Shown: positions 15,727 to 25,283 of the stretch, piece after piece
Position numbering within the stretch: the first letter of the stretch is position 1
How the letters are laid out: each line of letters opens with the position of its first letter
From: a virus
IMG/VR virus record: IMGVR_UViG_3300028871_000005
Length of the DNA stretch: 46,842 nt
Direction: 5' to 3' (one strand)
Translations under genes and position numbers: made by a program
The notes under the pieces: model-generated
Seen by the model: the letters and a program-made list of their open reading frames with translations, nothing else
What the model was told of the DNA's origin: nothing
Database searches by the model: none

Positions 15727-15750
15727 AGCCCGCCATGAGCGGGCTTTTTT
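15727..15750 (+). terminator. Rho-independent terminator ending the repressor-side cassette
   Basis: AGCCCGC-CATGA-GCGGGCT followed by a T-run; T45-T50 are six consecutive T residues. Confidence 0.8.
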
Positions 15751-15767
15751 ACGTCTGCATGAAACTA

Positions 15768-15811
15768 ATTAGGATTGACCTATTGACATGATATTAGGCC
15801 TATCCTAATCT
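15768..15811 (+). promoter_or_regulatory. PL-like early promoter TTGACA-17 bp-TAATCT with two operators
   Basis: -35 at 15783-15788 and -10 at 15806-15811. Operators are ATTAGGATTGACCTATT (15768-15784) and ATTAGGCCTATCCTAAT (15793-15809), with the same architecture as the cro promoter. Confidence 0.65.
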
Positions 15812-15852
15812 CTCTCCATCGGCCACCAAACGGAGGCCAAGCCGGAAGGGAG

Positions 15853-16656
<804 letters not shown>

Positions 16657-16659
16657 GCC

Positions 16660-16851
16660 ATGGCTATCGCAGCGTTTGACGTTTTCAACCGTGGCGAACT
16701 TAAGGTTAAGCGGGGCTATGGGATCGAGTACGTAACCATGTTCGCGATCATCACTATTGAAGGATCGCGAATCTATCTATCCCGCGAAGAATCCATCCAG
16801 TTAGCCGCAGACCTGTTGGCGCTGACGGCGGATGTGGAGGAAAAGATATGA
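16660..16851 (+). CDS. Hypothetical protein (63 aa)
   Basis: ORF in the tightly packed early operon. Confidence 0.5.
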   Translation: MAIAAFDVFNRGELKVKRGYGIEYVTMFAIITIEGSRIYLSREESIQLAADLLALTADVEEKI

Positions 16852-17249
16852 GCCGGTCTGGTTATAGCGACGACTGCGAGGACATTGGCTTATGGCGTGG
16901 CGCTGTGCAGTCGGCGACGTTTGGAAAGCGCGGACAGAAGTTTCTCTCTGACTTGCTTGTGGCCCTTGATGCCATGCAAGACAAGCGACTTATTGCAGAC
17001 GAGCTTGTTACGGCAGATGGTAGTTATTGCGCCATTGGTGTTCTTGGCGCAGCTCGCGGACTGGATATGACGAAGCTTGATCCAGAAGACCGTTACGCCG
17101 TCGCGGACGCATTCAACATTGCACCAGCTTTGGCTGCTGAAATTGTCTTTGAAAACGACGAGCGATGGACGTTGGATAACTCACCAGAAAATCGCTGGAT
17201 ACGTATGCGCCAGTGGGTATCTGACCAAATCCTAAAGGGTCAGCCATGA
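16848..17249 (+). CDS. Hypothetical protein (133 aa)
   Basis: ORF with a 4-nt overlap with each neighbour. Confidence 0.55.
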   Translation: MSRSGYSDDCEDIGLWRGAVQSATFGKRGQKFLSDLLVALDAMQDKRLIADELVTADGSYCAIGVLGAARGLDMTKLDPEDRYAVADAFNIAPALAAEIVFENDERWTLDNSPENRWIRMRQWVSDQILKGQP

Positions 17250-17455
17250 ACGCCCGTCAATCGCACCCTTTCACCTTCATCGACTCCACCAAGCCGCTAC
17301 CAAAGCGCCGCCGTACCGACTGGATGGTGAACAAGTACGACGAATTGCGCGATGAACTAGGTCCGTTCGCTGCATTGTGGATTGGCGCTTATGCGGTCGT
17401 CGTTATCTGCGCGGCTGTGTCGGCTATTGAGATTTTTGAGGGATTCTTTTTATGA
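17246..17455 (+). CDS. Small protein with a C-terminal TM segment
   Basis: 69 aa. FAALWIGAYAVVVICAAVSAIEIF is hydrophobic. Confidence 0.5.
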   Translation: MNARQSHPFTFIDSTKPLPKRRRTDWMVNKYDELRDELGPFAALWIGAYAVVVICAAVSAIEIFEGFFL

Positions 17456-17856
17456 GCGCCCTACGCAGCTACGACGATTGGAAGTTAGCCAGCGGCGAAC
17501 CCGATACCGATGCGCAATTCGCTGCCGTTGAGCGCGCCGAGGATGCCATCAAGTCAGACCGCGAAAAGGTCGGTGAACTTCTGTTCGATAACCTGCCGTG
17601 TCGTGATGATGCCGAGTTCAGTGACGAAGTTCGCGAGATGGCAAACATCACCGCTTACGCGATCCAGGCGTGGCCAATCATCGAGTGCCTATCTACTGGC
17701 GTACCTCTGACGCCTTGGCAAGAGGCGATGCTTCCGAAGATGTTCCATGCGCTGAAACCGTGGATCGATAGAGAGCCGATTGTGATTCGCGAGGCCGCGG
17801 AAAATGACGTGGAGGCAGGTTTTGACGAGACGGCGGATCAGAGGAATTACCGCTAA
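17452..17856 (+). CDS. Highly acidic early protein (134 aa)
   Basis: Hand count gives about 29 Asp+Glu versus about 14 Arg+Lys. Confidence 0.55.
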   Translation: MSALRSYDDWKLASGEPDTDAQFAAVERAEDAIKSDREKVGELLFDNLPCRDDAEFSDEVREMANITAYAIQAWPIIECLSTGVPLTPWQEAMLPKMFHALKPWIDREPIVIREAAENDVEAGFDETADQRNYR

Positions 17857-17893
17857 TTAATTTTTACCAACCAACAAACAAAGGGAAAACACC

Positions 17894-18168
17894 ATGACAG
17901 TTTCAAAGAATACCGCACGTCCCGTCATCGTTTGCACTGAGCATCGTGGCGTGTTTTTCGGTTACGCCAAAGACACCAAGGGTGATGTAATTAACCTTGA
18001 GAAAGCACGCATGGCTATTTCTTTCGGAACAACGAAAGGTGTAATGGAACTTGCCGAGACGGGTCCGACACGTAACAGCAAAATCAGCGCTAGAGCTGAT
18101 ATCGAAGTGCGAAAAGTTACTGCTGTATTTGAAGTAACCGACGCGGCTAAGGGTGCGTGGGAGGCTGC

Positions 18169-18172
<4 letters not shown>
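17894..18172 (+). CDS. Hypothetical protein (92 aa)
   Basis: ORF with GGGAA upstream (MTVSKNTARPVIVCTEHRGVFFGY...). Confidence 0.55.
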
Positions 18173-18582
<410 letters not shown>

Positions 18583-18622
18583 CCCACCCAACACAAGCCG
18601 GTTAGCGGCGAGAGGAATTAAT

Positions 18623-19759
18623 ATGAATACGGAACTGCAAGTCATCGAACGCGCCGAGCTGGCTCTCGGGTTTGCCACGCGCAAGGCTGAATTGGCTGAG
18701 CTGGCGAAGCAGTCGGCGCGCATTACTGGCATCACGAATGCTGCTGGTTACAACGAGTGCCACGCCGCGCGCATGCTGCTGAAGAATACCCGTGTCGAGA
18801 TCCAGAAGACCGGCAAGGATGCGCGGGACGACGCGACCAAATTCTCGAAAGCCGTCATCGGCAAAGAGGGTGAGCTTATCGCCATCATCTCGCCCGAAGA
18901 GACGCGCCTCAACGCTCTGCAGGTGGCTTATGACCAGGCGCTGGCCGATGCCAAGCGTGCCGAAGAGGAGGCTGAGGCAGCGCGCATCGCAGCCATTCAG
19001 GAGCACGTTGACGACATTCGCGGCATTCCGCTAAAGCTTGTCGGCAAGTCAGCGGAATACATCGCGCGAGAGATTATCGACCTTCAGGCATTGTTGATTG
19101 ACGAAGAGCGTTTCGCGGAATTTATCGAGTCCGCCCGTCTGGCTCAGTCCACCGCGATCGCCCGCCTTGAACAGATGCATACCGACCAGCTGGCGCATGA
19201 AGCGGCACAAGCGAAACTGATTGCCGATCAGGCCGAGCTTGCCCAGCTTCGCAAGGAACAGGATGAGCGCCTAGCTTCCGCGCGCAAGAAAGCAGATGAA
19301 GAGCGGGCCGAGGCCGACAGGCTGGCCAAGATCGAGCGGGACCGCTTGGCTGCGGAGGCGGAGGCACAGCGCCAGCGTGATGCTGCCGCGGAAGCGACAC
19401 GCCGTGCTGTGCAGGAAAAGGCTGATCGTGAGGCTCGTGCCGAAGCTGATCGGGTTCGCGAAGATGAGGACAAGCGTCTAGCCGCACAACGTGAAGCGCA
19501 GAAGGTTGAGCAGGCCCGATTGGAGGCGCAGGCTGAAGAAGTTCGCTTGGCGCGCAACGAGGCACTGAAAAAGTCCGAAGCCGCGCGTGTCGCCAGCTTG
19601 ACGCTTGGTGCTGCTGTTGCCGCTCTTATCGAATGGTTTGACGAGTACGGCGCCCAAGATGATATGGGCATTGTTCCGAAGAAACTCTTTTCCGACCTAA
19701 AGATTGCAGTCGCAAACGATGTAAAGCCGGCGCGCGTGAAAAAACAGGCTGCGGCATGA
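18623..19759 (+). CDS. Long coiled-coil protein at the head of the recombination module
   Basis: 378 aa with an Ala/Glu/Arg-rich central helical region, directly upstream of the exonuclease and annealase genes. Confidence 0.5.
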   Translation: MNTELQVIERAELALGFATRKAELAELAKQSARITGITNAAGYNECHAARMLLKNTRVEIQKTGKDARDDATKFSKAVIGKEGELIAIISPEETRLNALQVAYDQALADAKRAEEEAEAARIAAIQEHVDDIRGIPLKLVGKSAEYIAREIIDLQALLIDEERFAEFIESARLAQSTAIARLEQMHTDQLAHEAAQAKLIADQAELAQLRKEQDERLASARKKADEERAEADRLAKIERDRLAAEAEAQRQRDAAAEATRRAVQEKADREARAEADRVREDEDKRLAAQREAQKVEQARLEAQAEEVRLARNEALKKSEAARVASLTLGAAVAALIEWFDEYGAQDDMGIVPKKLFSDLKIAVANDVKPARVKKQAAA

Positions 19760-20658
19760 ACGCGCAGATCAAGTCGCCGTTACTCACCAGCATCACCCAG
19801 TTCGCGCCGGGCATCTACCCCAACGTGCCCGCCGAGGTGTATCACCGCAAAGAGCTTGGCGTGGTGAACTGCGGCGCTCTGAAGCAGCTCTCCGTGACGC
19901 CGGCGCACTACCGCGCGTGGCTGGCCGACCTTGACGACAACGAGACACCCGCCAAGCATTTTGGTCGAGCACTGCATGTCGCCGTACTGGAACCGGAATT
20001 GTTCGACTCGACGTACATCATCGCCCGAGAGCATCCGTTTCGCCGTGTACCCGACCGCAACCGGAACGCAAAGAATCCCAGCCCTGAAACGCTGAAAGCA
20101 TGTGCGTACTGGGACGAGTGGGAGCGCGAGATGGCTGGCAAGATTGAGATCAGCCACGACGACGCAATCATTCTGCGTGGCATTCAGGCATCCGTCGCCG
20201 CGCATCCGATCGCCGGCAAGTTGTTCCGCGGCGGACAGTCTGAGCAGACCATCATCTGGCATGACCGGGAAACCGGCCTGTTGTGCAAGGCACGGCTCGA
20301 TTACTGGATCGCTGACCGCCGTATCGCCATCGACCTGAAGTCGACCGAGGATGCGAGCCCGCGAGGCTTTGCGAAGTCCGTCGCAAATTACCGATATCAC
20401 ATCCAGCACGCGCACTACAGCGAAGGCATGACGGCCACGGACAACGCCCTACGCGCATTCCTGTTCGTTGCGGTGGAAAAGTCCCCGCCCTACGCCGTCG
20501 CCGTGCACTGCATCGACGCTGACGCGGAGGCGCGCGGCTATGAACTGCGCCGGCGCGAGATGGATGCCCTTACCGATTGCCTGAAGACCGACAAATGGCC
20601 GGCATACGCGCCGTCGATCCACACGCTCGCGCTGCCGCGCTGGGCATTGAACGATTAA
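19756..20658 (+). CDS. RecE-like PD-(D/E)XK 5'-3' exonuclease
   Basis: ARLDYWIADRRIAIDLKSTEDASPRGFAKSVANYRYHIQHAHY fits the D...(I/V)DLK(S/T)...Y..Q motif order. It is adjacent to the RecT-like gene. Confidence 0.65.
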   Translation: MNAQIKSPLLTSITQFAPGIYPNVPAEVYHRKELGVVNCGALKQLSVTPAHYRAWLADLDDNETPAKHFGRALHVAVLEPELFDSTYIIAREHPFRRVPDRNRNAKNPSPETLKACAYWDEWEREMAGKIEISHDDAIILRGIQASVAAHPIAGKLFRGGQSEQTIIWHDRETGLLCKARLDYWIADRRIAIDLKSTEDASPRGFAKSVANYRYHIQHAHYSEGMTATDNALRAFLFVAVEKSPPYAVAVHCIDADAEARGYELRRREMDALTDCLKTDKWPAYAPSIHTLALPRWALND

Positions 20659-20673
20659 CCCGAGGAATTACGC

Positions 20674-21492
20674 ATGAGCGCAGTCGCTACACAAACCGAA
20701 ACGCCGAGCCAGGCATTAGCCGCAGAGAGTCCTTTTTCTCTGTTGCAACGTAAGGCGAAGGCTTACGCCAGCTCGACGCTGGTTCCGAAGATTTACCAAG
20801 ACAACATCGCCAACGTGATCATCGCGATGGAAATCGCGCAGCGCATCGGCGCGAACGAACTCATGGTGATGCAGAATCTTGCCGTCATTCAAGGCAAGCC
20901 GTCGTGGTCATCCACCTTCCTGATCGCCACCGTGAATGCCTGCGGCCGCTTCAAGCCGATGCGTTTCGAAGTTGTCGGAACGGACCCAAAGCACGAAGGC
21001 TACAAGGTCCGCGCCTACGCCGATGACAAGTCAGATGGCGAGCGCTGCATCGGTCCCTGGATCACTTGGACGATGGTTAAAGAAGAAGGATGGCTGCAGA
21101 AGTCCGGCAGTAAGTGGAAAACCATGCCCGAGCTGATGTTTATGTACCGAGCCGCTGGCTTCTGGTCGCGCCTGTACGCGCCCGAGGTAAGCATGGGCAT
21201 CCACACTGCCGAGGAAGCCGAGGACATTGGCCAGCTCCGCACAGTGACGCAAGGCGGATTGCGCACAAGTGAAACGCTGCAGCAGATTGAGCATGAACTC
21301 GCCGACGACGCGCCGCGCGTTCCGTCCGTAGACGACATTACAGCCCAGCAGATCCACGACAAGCTTGCCGAAGCAACCACGCGTGACGAACTCGATGAAG
21401 CGTCGGCACTGATCACGTTGTTGGATCAAAGCGAGCGAGCAGAGCTTATTGCCTTTTGGGATGAGCGCACGCTGGCTCTGGCCGAGGCCTGA
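20674..21492 (+). CDS. recT: RecT-family single-strand annealing protein
   Basis: 272 aa with GAGGA upstream. The N-terminal region NVIIAMEIAQRIGANELMVMQNLAVIQGKPSWSS resembles RecT. Synteny with the exonuclease supports the call. Confidence 0.55.
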   Translation: MSAVATQTETPSQALAAESPFSLLQRKAKAYASSTLVPKIYQDNIANVIIAMEIAQRIGANELMVMQNLAVIQGKPSWSSTFLIATVNACGRFKPMRFEVVGTDPKHEGYKVRAYADDKSDGERCIGPWITWTMVKEEGWLQKSGSKWKTMPELMFMYRAAGFWSRLYAPEVSMGIHTAEEAEDIGQLRTVTQGGLRTSETLQQIEHELADDAPRVPSVDDITAQQIHDKLAEATTRDELDEASALITLLDQSERAELIAFWDERTLALAEA

Positions 21493-21493
21493 G

Positions 21494-21655
21494 ATGAGCC
21501 GTAACCGCACAACGTTCGTCAAAGGCGAGATTGCTCCGCGCATAGCTGGCCGTAAAGGTCGCTGGAAATCACCGTGGCAGGTTCCGTACAACAAGGCCGC
21601 GAAGAAGACGATTCGGCTTGAGCTGATTCGGATGGCGGCGGAGGCGAGAAAGTGA
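21494..21655 (+). CDS. Small basic protein (53 aa)
   Basis: MSRNRTTFVKGEIAPRIAGRKGRWKSPWQVPYNK... The ATG lies just after the recT stop. Confidence 0.45.
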   Translation: MSRNRTTFVKGEIAPRIAGRKGRWKSPWQVPYNKAAKKTIRLELIRMAAEARK

Positions 21656-22029
21656 ATTCAGACGATACCGACTCGAAGCGCACGCTGAGCCAAAACTCAA
21701 AAATGTGGCCGATGCTGACCGATTTCTCACGCCAAAAAAAATGGCGCTGCACGGTCGCCGGAACCTGGGTGATGAAACTCATGCCGCCGGCTCACTGGAA
21801 GGCTGTTCTTACCGCGGCCTTTGCCGAAGAGACTGAGATGGCAGAGGGCTGGACTGGTGGTGTCGTGATGCTCGGCGAAAGCACCAGCAACTACGGTGTC
21901 AAACGCATGGCGGATTTCATCACTTGGTTGTACGCGAACGGCAACGAGGTTGGCATCGTCTGGTCAGAAAAGAGCGAACACGCTCACCGCATGTTTGGCG
22001 CGCACAACTACGCGAAGAAAGCCGCATGA
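21652..22029 (+). CDS. ninB: NinB/Orf-family recombination mediator
   Basis: RTLSQNSKMWPMLTDFSRQ matches the NinB N-terminal signature. Confidence 0.7.
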   Translation: MNSDDTDSKRTLSQNSKMWPMLTDFSRQKKWRCTVAGTWVMKLMPPAHWKAVLTAAFAEETEMAEGWTGGVVMLGESTSNYGVKRMADFITWLYANGNEVGIVWSEKSEHAHRMFGAHNYAKKAA

Positions 22030-22250
22030 ACCCGACACAAGAGTTCTGGCCCGATGGCTGGCACGACAACACGACCACCAACCACCGCGAGTATTGGAGC
22101 GAAGGACGCAAGGGTCGCCACGGTCATCGCAGCGGCATATCGCCGGACAGTATGTACCGTGAGTTTCGTGCTCCGTGGGGATCGTTTCCTGACCTACCCT
22201 TCCACGCCCACTCAGACCATCAATCACATTCGGTAGGGAGAAAGTTGTGA
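22026..22250 (+). CDS. Hypothetical protein (74 aa)
   Basis: Start at MNPTQEFWPDGW (ATGA coupling with the ninB stop). Confidence 0.45.
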   Translation: MNPTQEFWPDGWHDNTTTNHREYWSEGRKGRHGHRSGISPDSMYREFRAPWGSFPDLPFHAHSDHQSHSVGRKL

Positions 22251-22693
22251 ATCGAGTATTCGTAGACATGGATGGAGTGCTGGTTAATTTTGACGCATAC
22301 CGCGATGAAATAGAAGCAACCGGTGACGAGATAAAACGGGTTCCGGGGGCATATCTTGCGATGAATCCTTACCCTGATGGATTAGCTGGCGTTCGTAGCT
22401 TGATAGGCATGGGTTACGAAGTATGGATAGCTACAAAACCGCCAACTGGTATTTCATTTGCCTACAAAGATAAAGCGCAGTGGGTAATGAATCACCTTCC
22501 AGAATTGAAGCGTCGAATCATCATCACTCACGACAAAGGATTGCTAGGAGATGAAGACGATTTTCTAGTAGATGACCGACCGCACAAAGCAAATTGCATG
22601 AAATTCAAAGGAACGCTTATCCCGTTTATTAACGGAATTACTTGGGCCGATGTTCTAAACCAATTACGAAAGCCACAGAAGGCCACCCCATGA
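22247..22693 (+). CDS. HAD-superfamily 5'(3')-deoxyribonucleotidase-like protein
   Basis: VFVDMDGVLVNFD is HAD motif I. The size and later DDRP motif fit the NT5C family. GTG start. Confidence 0.6.
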   Translation: MNRVFVDMDGVLVNFDAYRDEIEATGDEIKRVPGAYLAMNPYPDGLAGVRSLIGMGYEVWIATKPPTGISFAYKDKAQWVMNHLPELKRRIIITHDKGLLGDEDDFLVDDRPHKANCMKFKGTLIPFINGITWADVLNQLRKPQKATP

Positions 22694-23037
22694 ACACTCA
22701 AGACAAGCTGCGGGAGTTGATTGATCGGCTAACTCAGACAGGTAGTCAGAGTGTTAAGTCTGGTTATGACGAAGGCTATAACGACGCCTGCAACTACATT
22801 TCAGACGAACTCGAAGCCATTCTCAACTCCGGCGATTCGGGGGAATGGGTTTTGGTTCGAAAAGATGCCGAAGAATGGGGATCTGCGCTTAACGCAGCCA
22901 GTTGGGAATTTATCGAAAACTGCCCGGAAAAGTCGGCGTTACTTTTCAACCACTGCAAGACCTCTTTACGTCTGGCGATCCTCAAGTATTTAGACAAGGT
23001 AACCCCAACCCTTCCGGCTGATGGGAGTGAGAAATGA
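22690..23037 (+). CDS. Hypothetical protein (115 aa)
   Basis: Start at MNTQDKL (ATGA coupling). Confidence 0.5.
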   Translation: MNTQDKLRELIDRLTQTGSQSVKSGYDEGYNDACNYISDELEAILNSGDSGEWVLVRKDAEEWGSALNAASWEFIENCPEKSALLFNHCKTSLRLAILKYLDKVTPTLPADGSEK

Positions 23038-23411
23038 ACTATTCGGATGCCGAGATTGATCGGGCCGCTTTTGAGAAGTGGGCTTTGAGCGAAGGTTTTT
23101 ATATTGACCATGCCGAAGACTCAGCCGGAGCGGCTAACCACTACGAGTACATAAACACTCAACGGCTATGGCAAGGCTGGCAAGCAAAAACTTCCAGCCT
23201 TGGGACTGGGGATGCGGTGGATGCTAGGCAGAAACTTCCGGCTGGTTGGAACATTGAGGTTAGAGAAAACGCAGGCGTTAAAGCTCTATGTATTTTTGGC
23301 CCCATCGGCTGTTTTGCGGTTGATGGAACCACAGATTTCCCAAGCATGATCCGCACGGAAATAATCGAATCACTGCAAGCCGCCCTAGCAAAAGGAAACG
23401 ACCATGGGTAA
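23034..23411 (+). CDS. Hypothetical protein (125 aa)
   Basis: ORF with a 4-nt overlap upstream. Confidence 0.5.
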   Translation: MNYSDAEIDRAAFEKWALSEGFYIDHAEDSAGAANHYEYINTQRLWQGWQAKTSSLGTGDAVDARQKLPAGWNIEVRENAGVKALCIFGPIGCFAVDGTTDFPSMIRTEIIESLQAALAKGNDHG

Positions 23412-23853
23412 TCCTACTGTTGATGAAGTGCGTGCTCAGCTAGATGCGCTTGAGTTTGACGTAGCGCAAGGAACGGTTTCGGCAATGCAGCTATTCACGA
23501 AGATGCGTTATCGAATCACAACGTTACTCGCCGAGCAGGCGAAGGCTGAGCCGGTGGATTATGCTGATGCGCTTGCGGATTTCATTCACGCATACATTAG
23601 CGAAGCTGGCGGATACACAAACGGCCACTTGCGGGATGCAATTAAGGCATTCAAACCCTCGCCGGTTGTCGCGCCGCAGGGTGTGGTGGTTGAACTGATC
23701 GACGCAGCCAAATTCGCAAGCGATGTGCTCGCGGAGTTGTACGCAAAGTACCAACTGAAAATAGGCCCTTATGCTTCGCAGGCGCAGCTTGCCAACGTCA
23801 AATTACGCTACGCCATCAAAGCCGCCCCATCGCCTGCCGAGGGTTCGGTATGA
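23404..23853 (+). CDS. Hypothetical protein (149 aa)
   Basis: ORF in the operon. Confidence 0.5.
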   Translation: MGNPTVDEVRAQLDALEFDVAQGTVSAMQLFTKMRYRITTLLAEQAKAEPVDYADALADFIHAYISEAGGYTNGHLRDAIKAFKPSPVVAPQGVVVELIDAAKFASDVLAELYAKYQLKIGPYASQAQLANVKLRYAIKAAPSPAEGSV

Positions 23854-24569
23854 GCGGGCCAAGTGTGGGTGCGAAAGATCACAGTGGGATTAGTAACGAG
23901 GAATTGGCGGAGATAATGGATATTCCTTGCTGCACGTCCATGTCGCATTCTGGATTGTCCGACGAAATAGCAAAGCGTTTGAGGAAATACGCCGAACTTC
24001 TCTCGCAGGTGGAGAATGCGGATGACCGAGCAACCGATTGGGGAACGAACACGGGTCATGGTCATGTGTGGAAACGGCCTGATGGGCTAATGGTAAGGTG
24101 CGGCGGACCATCCATTTGCACGATATGCGCTCGCGATGAGAAACAACCAAAACCACCGATCCCAGCCACGCAGGACGCTCAGGGGGGTAGATTTCTTCCG
24201 AATGGCACTCGCGTCATTTGGCAATCAAGCAACGGAACAGAATTCCCCGCGACGATCACTGCTTGGCACGCCGAAACATACGATGCCGTGCTGGACGATG
24301 GATGCGATGCAAAAGGCTTCGCTCGTGGGCGATTCAAGTTACCGGCCAACGCTCGCCGGGCTGAGGGTGGTGAGTGCAAGCTGCTGAGTGACCTTGTTCG
24401 CACTGCGCCAGATGCCATTTATTTGCAAGTGTCCGATGAAGCTTGGCACTCGGAAAAAGAATTCCCACGGGACCATGACGGCATATCGTGGTGCGAGGAT
24501 TCCGTGCTTGCTTGCGAGGTCAAGTACATCCGCGCTGATCTAGCCATCGGAGAATCGCATGAAGGCTGA
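23850..24569 (+). CDS. Hypothetical protein (239 aa)
   Basis: ORF with a 4-nt overlap upstream. Confidence 0.5.
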   Translation: MSGPSVGAKDHSGISNEELAEIMDIPCCTSMSHSGLSDEIAKRLRKYAELLSQVENADDRATDWGTNTGHGHVWKRPDGLMVRCGGPSICTICARDEKQPKPPIPATQDAQGGRFLPNGTRVIWQSSNGTEFPATITAWHAETYDAVLDDGCDAKGFARGRFKLPANARRAEGGECKLLSDLVRTAPDAIYLQVSDEAWHSEKEFPRDHDGISWCEDSVLACEVKYIRADLAIGESHEG

Positions 24570-24873
24570 GCTTCTTAACTGCCCGTTCTGCGGCGGGATA
24601 GCGTCTGTAACTGACATGGCTCGATGGGGACAGAATGTCGAATGCAACGATTGCGGAGCTTGCAGCAAAGACACCAAGGAAGGAGAGGCAACGCTCTATT
24701 CCTGGTGGAACTCCCGCGCCACAACAAACCTTCAATCCCGCGCTGATCGGGCTGAGGCGTTGCTGAGGGATTGCCGGGATGTTATCTGGGAATGCATGAG
24801 GGACTACGGCGTCGAGGATGGCGGCTCGATACTTCGTCGCCTGGATGAATTTCTTGCGGAGCGTGAGGGGTGA
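24559..24873 (+). CDS. lar: Lar-family restriction alleviation protein
   Basis: LLNCPFCGG...VECNDCGA...WWNSRA matches the Lar family pattern (CPFCG...C..CG...WN.R). Confidence 0.7.
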   Translation: MKAELLNCPFCGGIASVTDMARWGQNVECNDCGACSKDTKEGEATLYSWWNSRATTNLQSRADRAEALLRDCRDVIWECMRDYGVEDGGSILRRLDEFLAEREG

Positions 24874-25088
24874 GCGCTCAACACTTACTCACGCTCGAGG
24901 CCGTGTGCGAGAAAGTCTCGCTGAGCCACACGACCGTTTACAAAGGAATCAAGGAAGGCACTTTCCCGCGGCCGGGTAAATTCGGCAAGCGATCGCTCTG
25001 GTCAGAATCAGAGGTCGACGAATGGATTTCGCAGTTGATGGCTGATCGCGATGTGGTTGGAAACATGGGTCAGTCAAAAGCCGCATAG
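24870..25088 (+). CDS. alpA: AlpA-family excisionase / transcriptional regulator
   Basis: LLTLEAVCEKVSLSHTTVYKGIKEGTFPRPGKFGKRSLWSESEVDEW is a typical AlpA HTH. It lies directly upstream of int. Confidence 0.8.
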   Translation: MSAQHLLTLEAVCEKVSLSHTTVYKGIKEGTFPRPGKFGKRSLWSESEVDEWISQLMADRDVVGNMGQSKAA

Positions 25089-25091
25089 CAA

Positions 25092-25115
25092 AAAGCCCCG
25101 AATTAACAGGGCTTT
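25092..25115. terminator. Hairpin AAAGCCC-N10-GGGCTTT; weak terminator, better on the minus strand
   Basis: Read directly. On the minus strand the stem is followed by TTGC, extending the U-tract to 5. On the plus strand it follows the alpA stop. Confidence 0.4.
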
Positions 25116-25127
25116 AGGCTTATGTAT

Positions 25128-25139
25128 TGGCGGAGAGAG
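25128..25139 (-). other. Candidate attP core: 12 nt matching the reverse complement of a tRNA-Ser 3' end (CTCTCTCCGCCA)
   Basis: TGGCGGAGAGAG lies between alpA and int. From memory, this is the 3' acceptor end plus CCA of tRNA-Ser (for example E. coli serU). On the same strand the hairpin lies 12 nt downstream. Confidence 0.35.
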
Positions 25140-25283
25140 CGTCCGCGAGCCGCGCATATTGCACCATTCGCCCAAAGCAAGCAAGCCTTGCTGCATCAAC
25201 GTTTCTATGGGTTTTGTTTTCCGCTACTGTTCGCCAATGTAAGTGGCAATCAGGGTGTAAAACATGGGTGGGAATGTGGGTCG

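Noticed and set aside
25122-25283. 54-codon N-terminal extension of the integrase ORF in the track
   Set aside because: The extension is hydrophobic/Arg-rich and unlike integrase N-termini. It overlaps the candidate attP spacer. The conserved DUF4102-like sequence begins right after the ATG at 25284.
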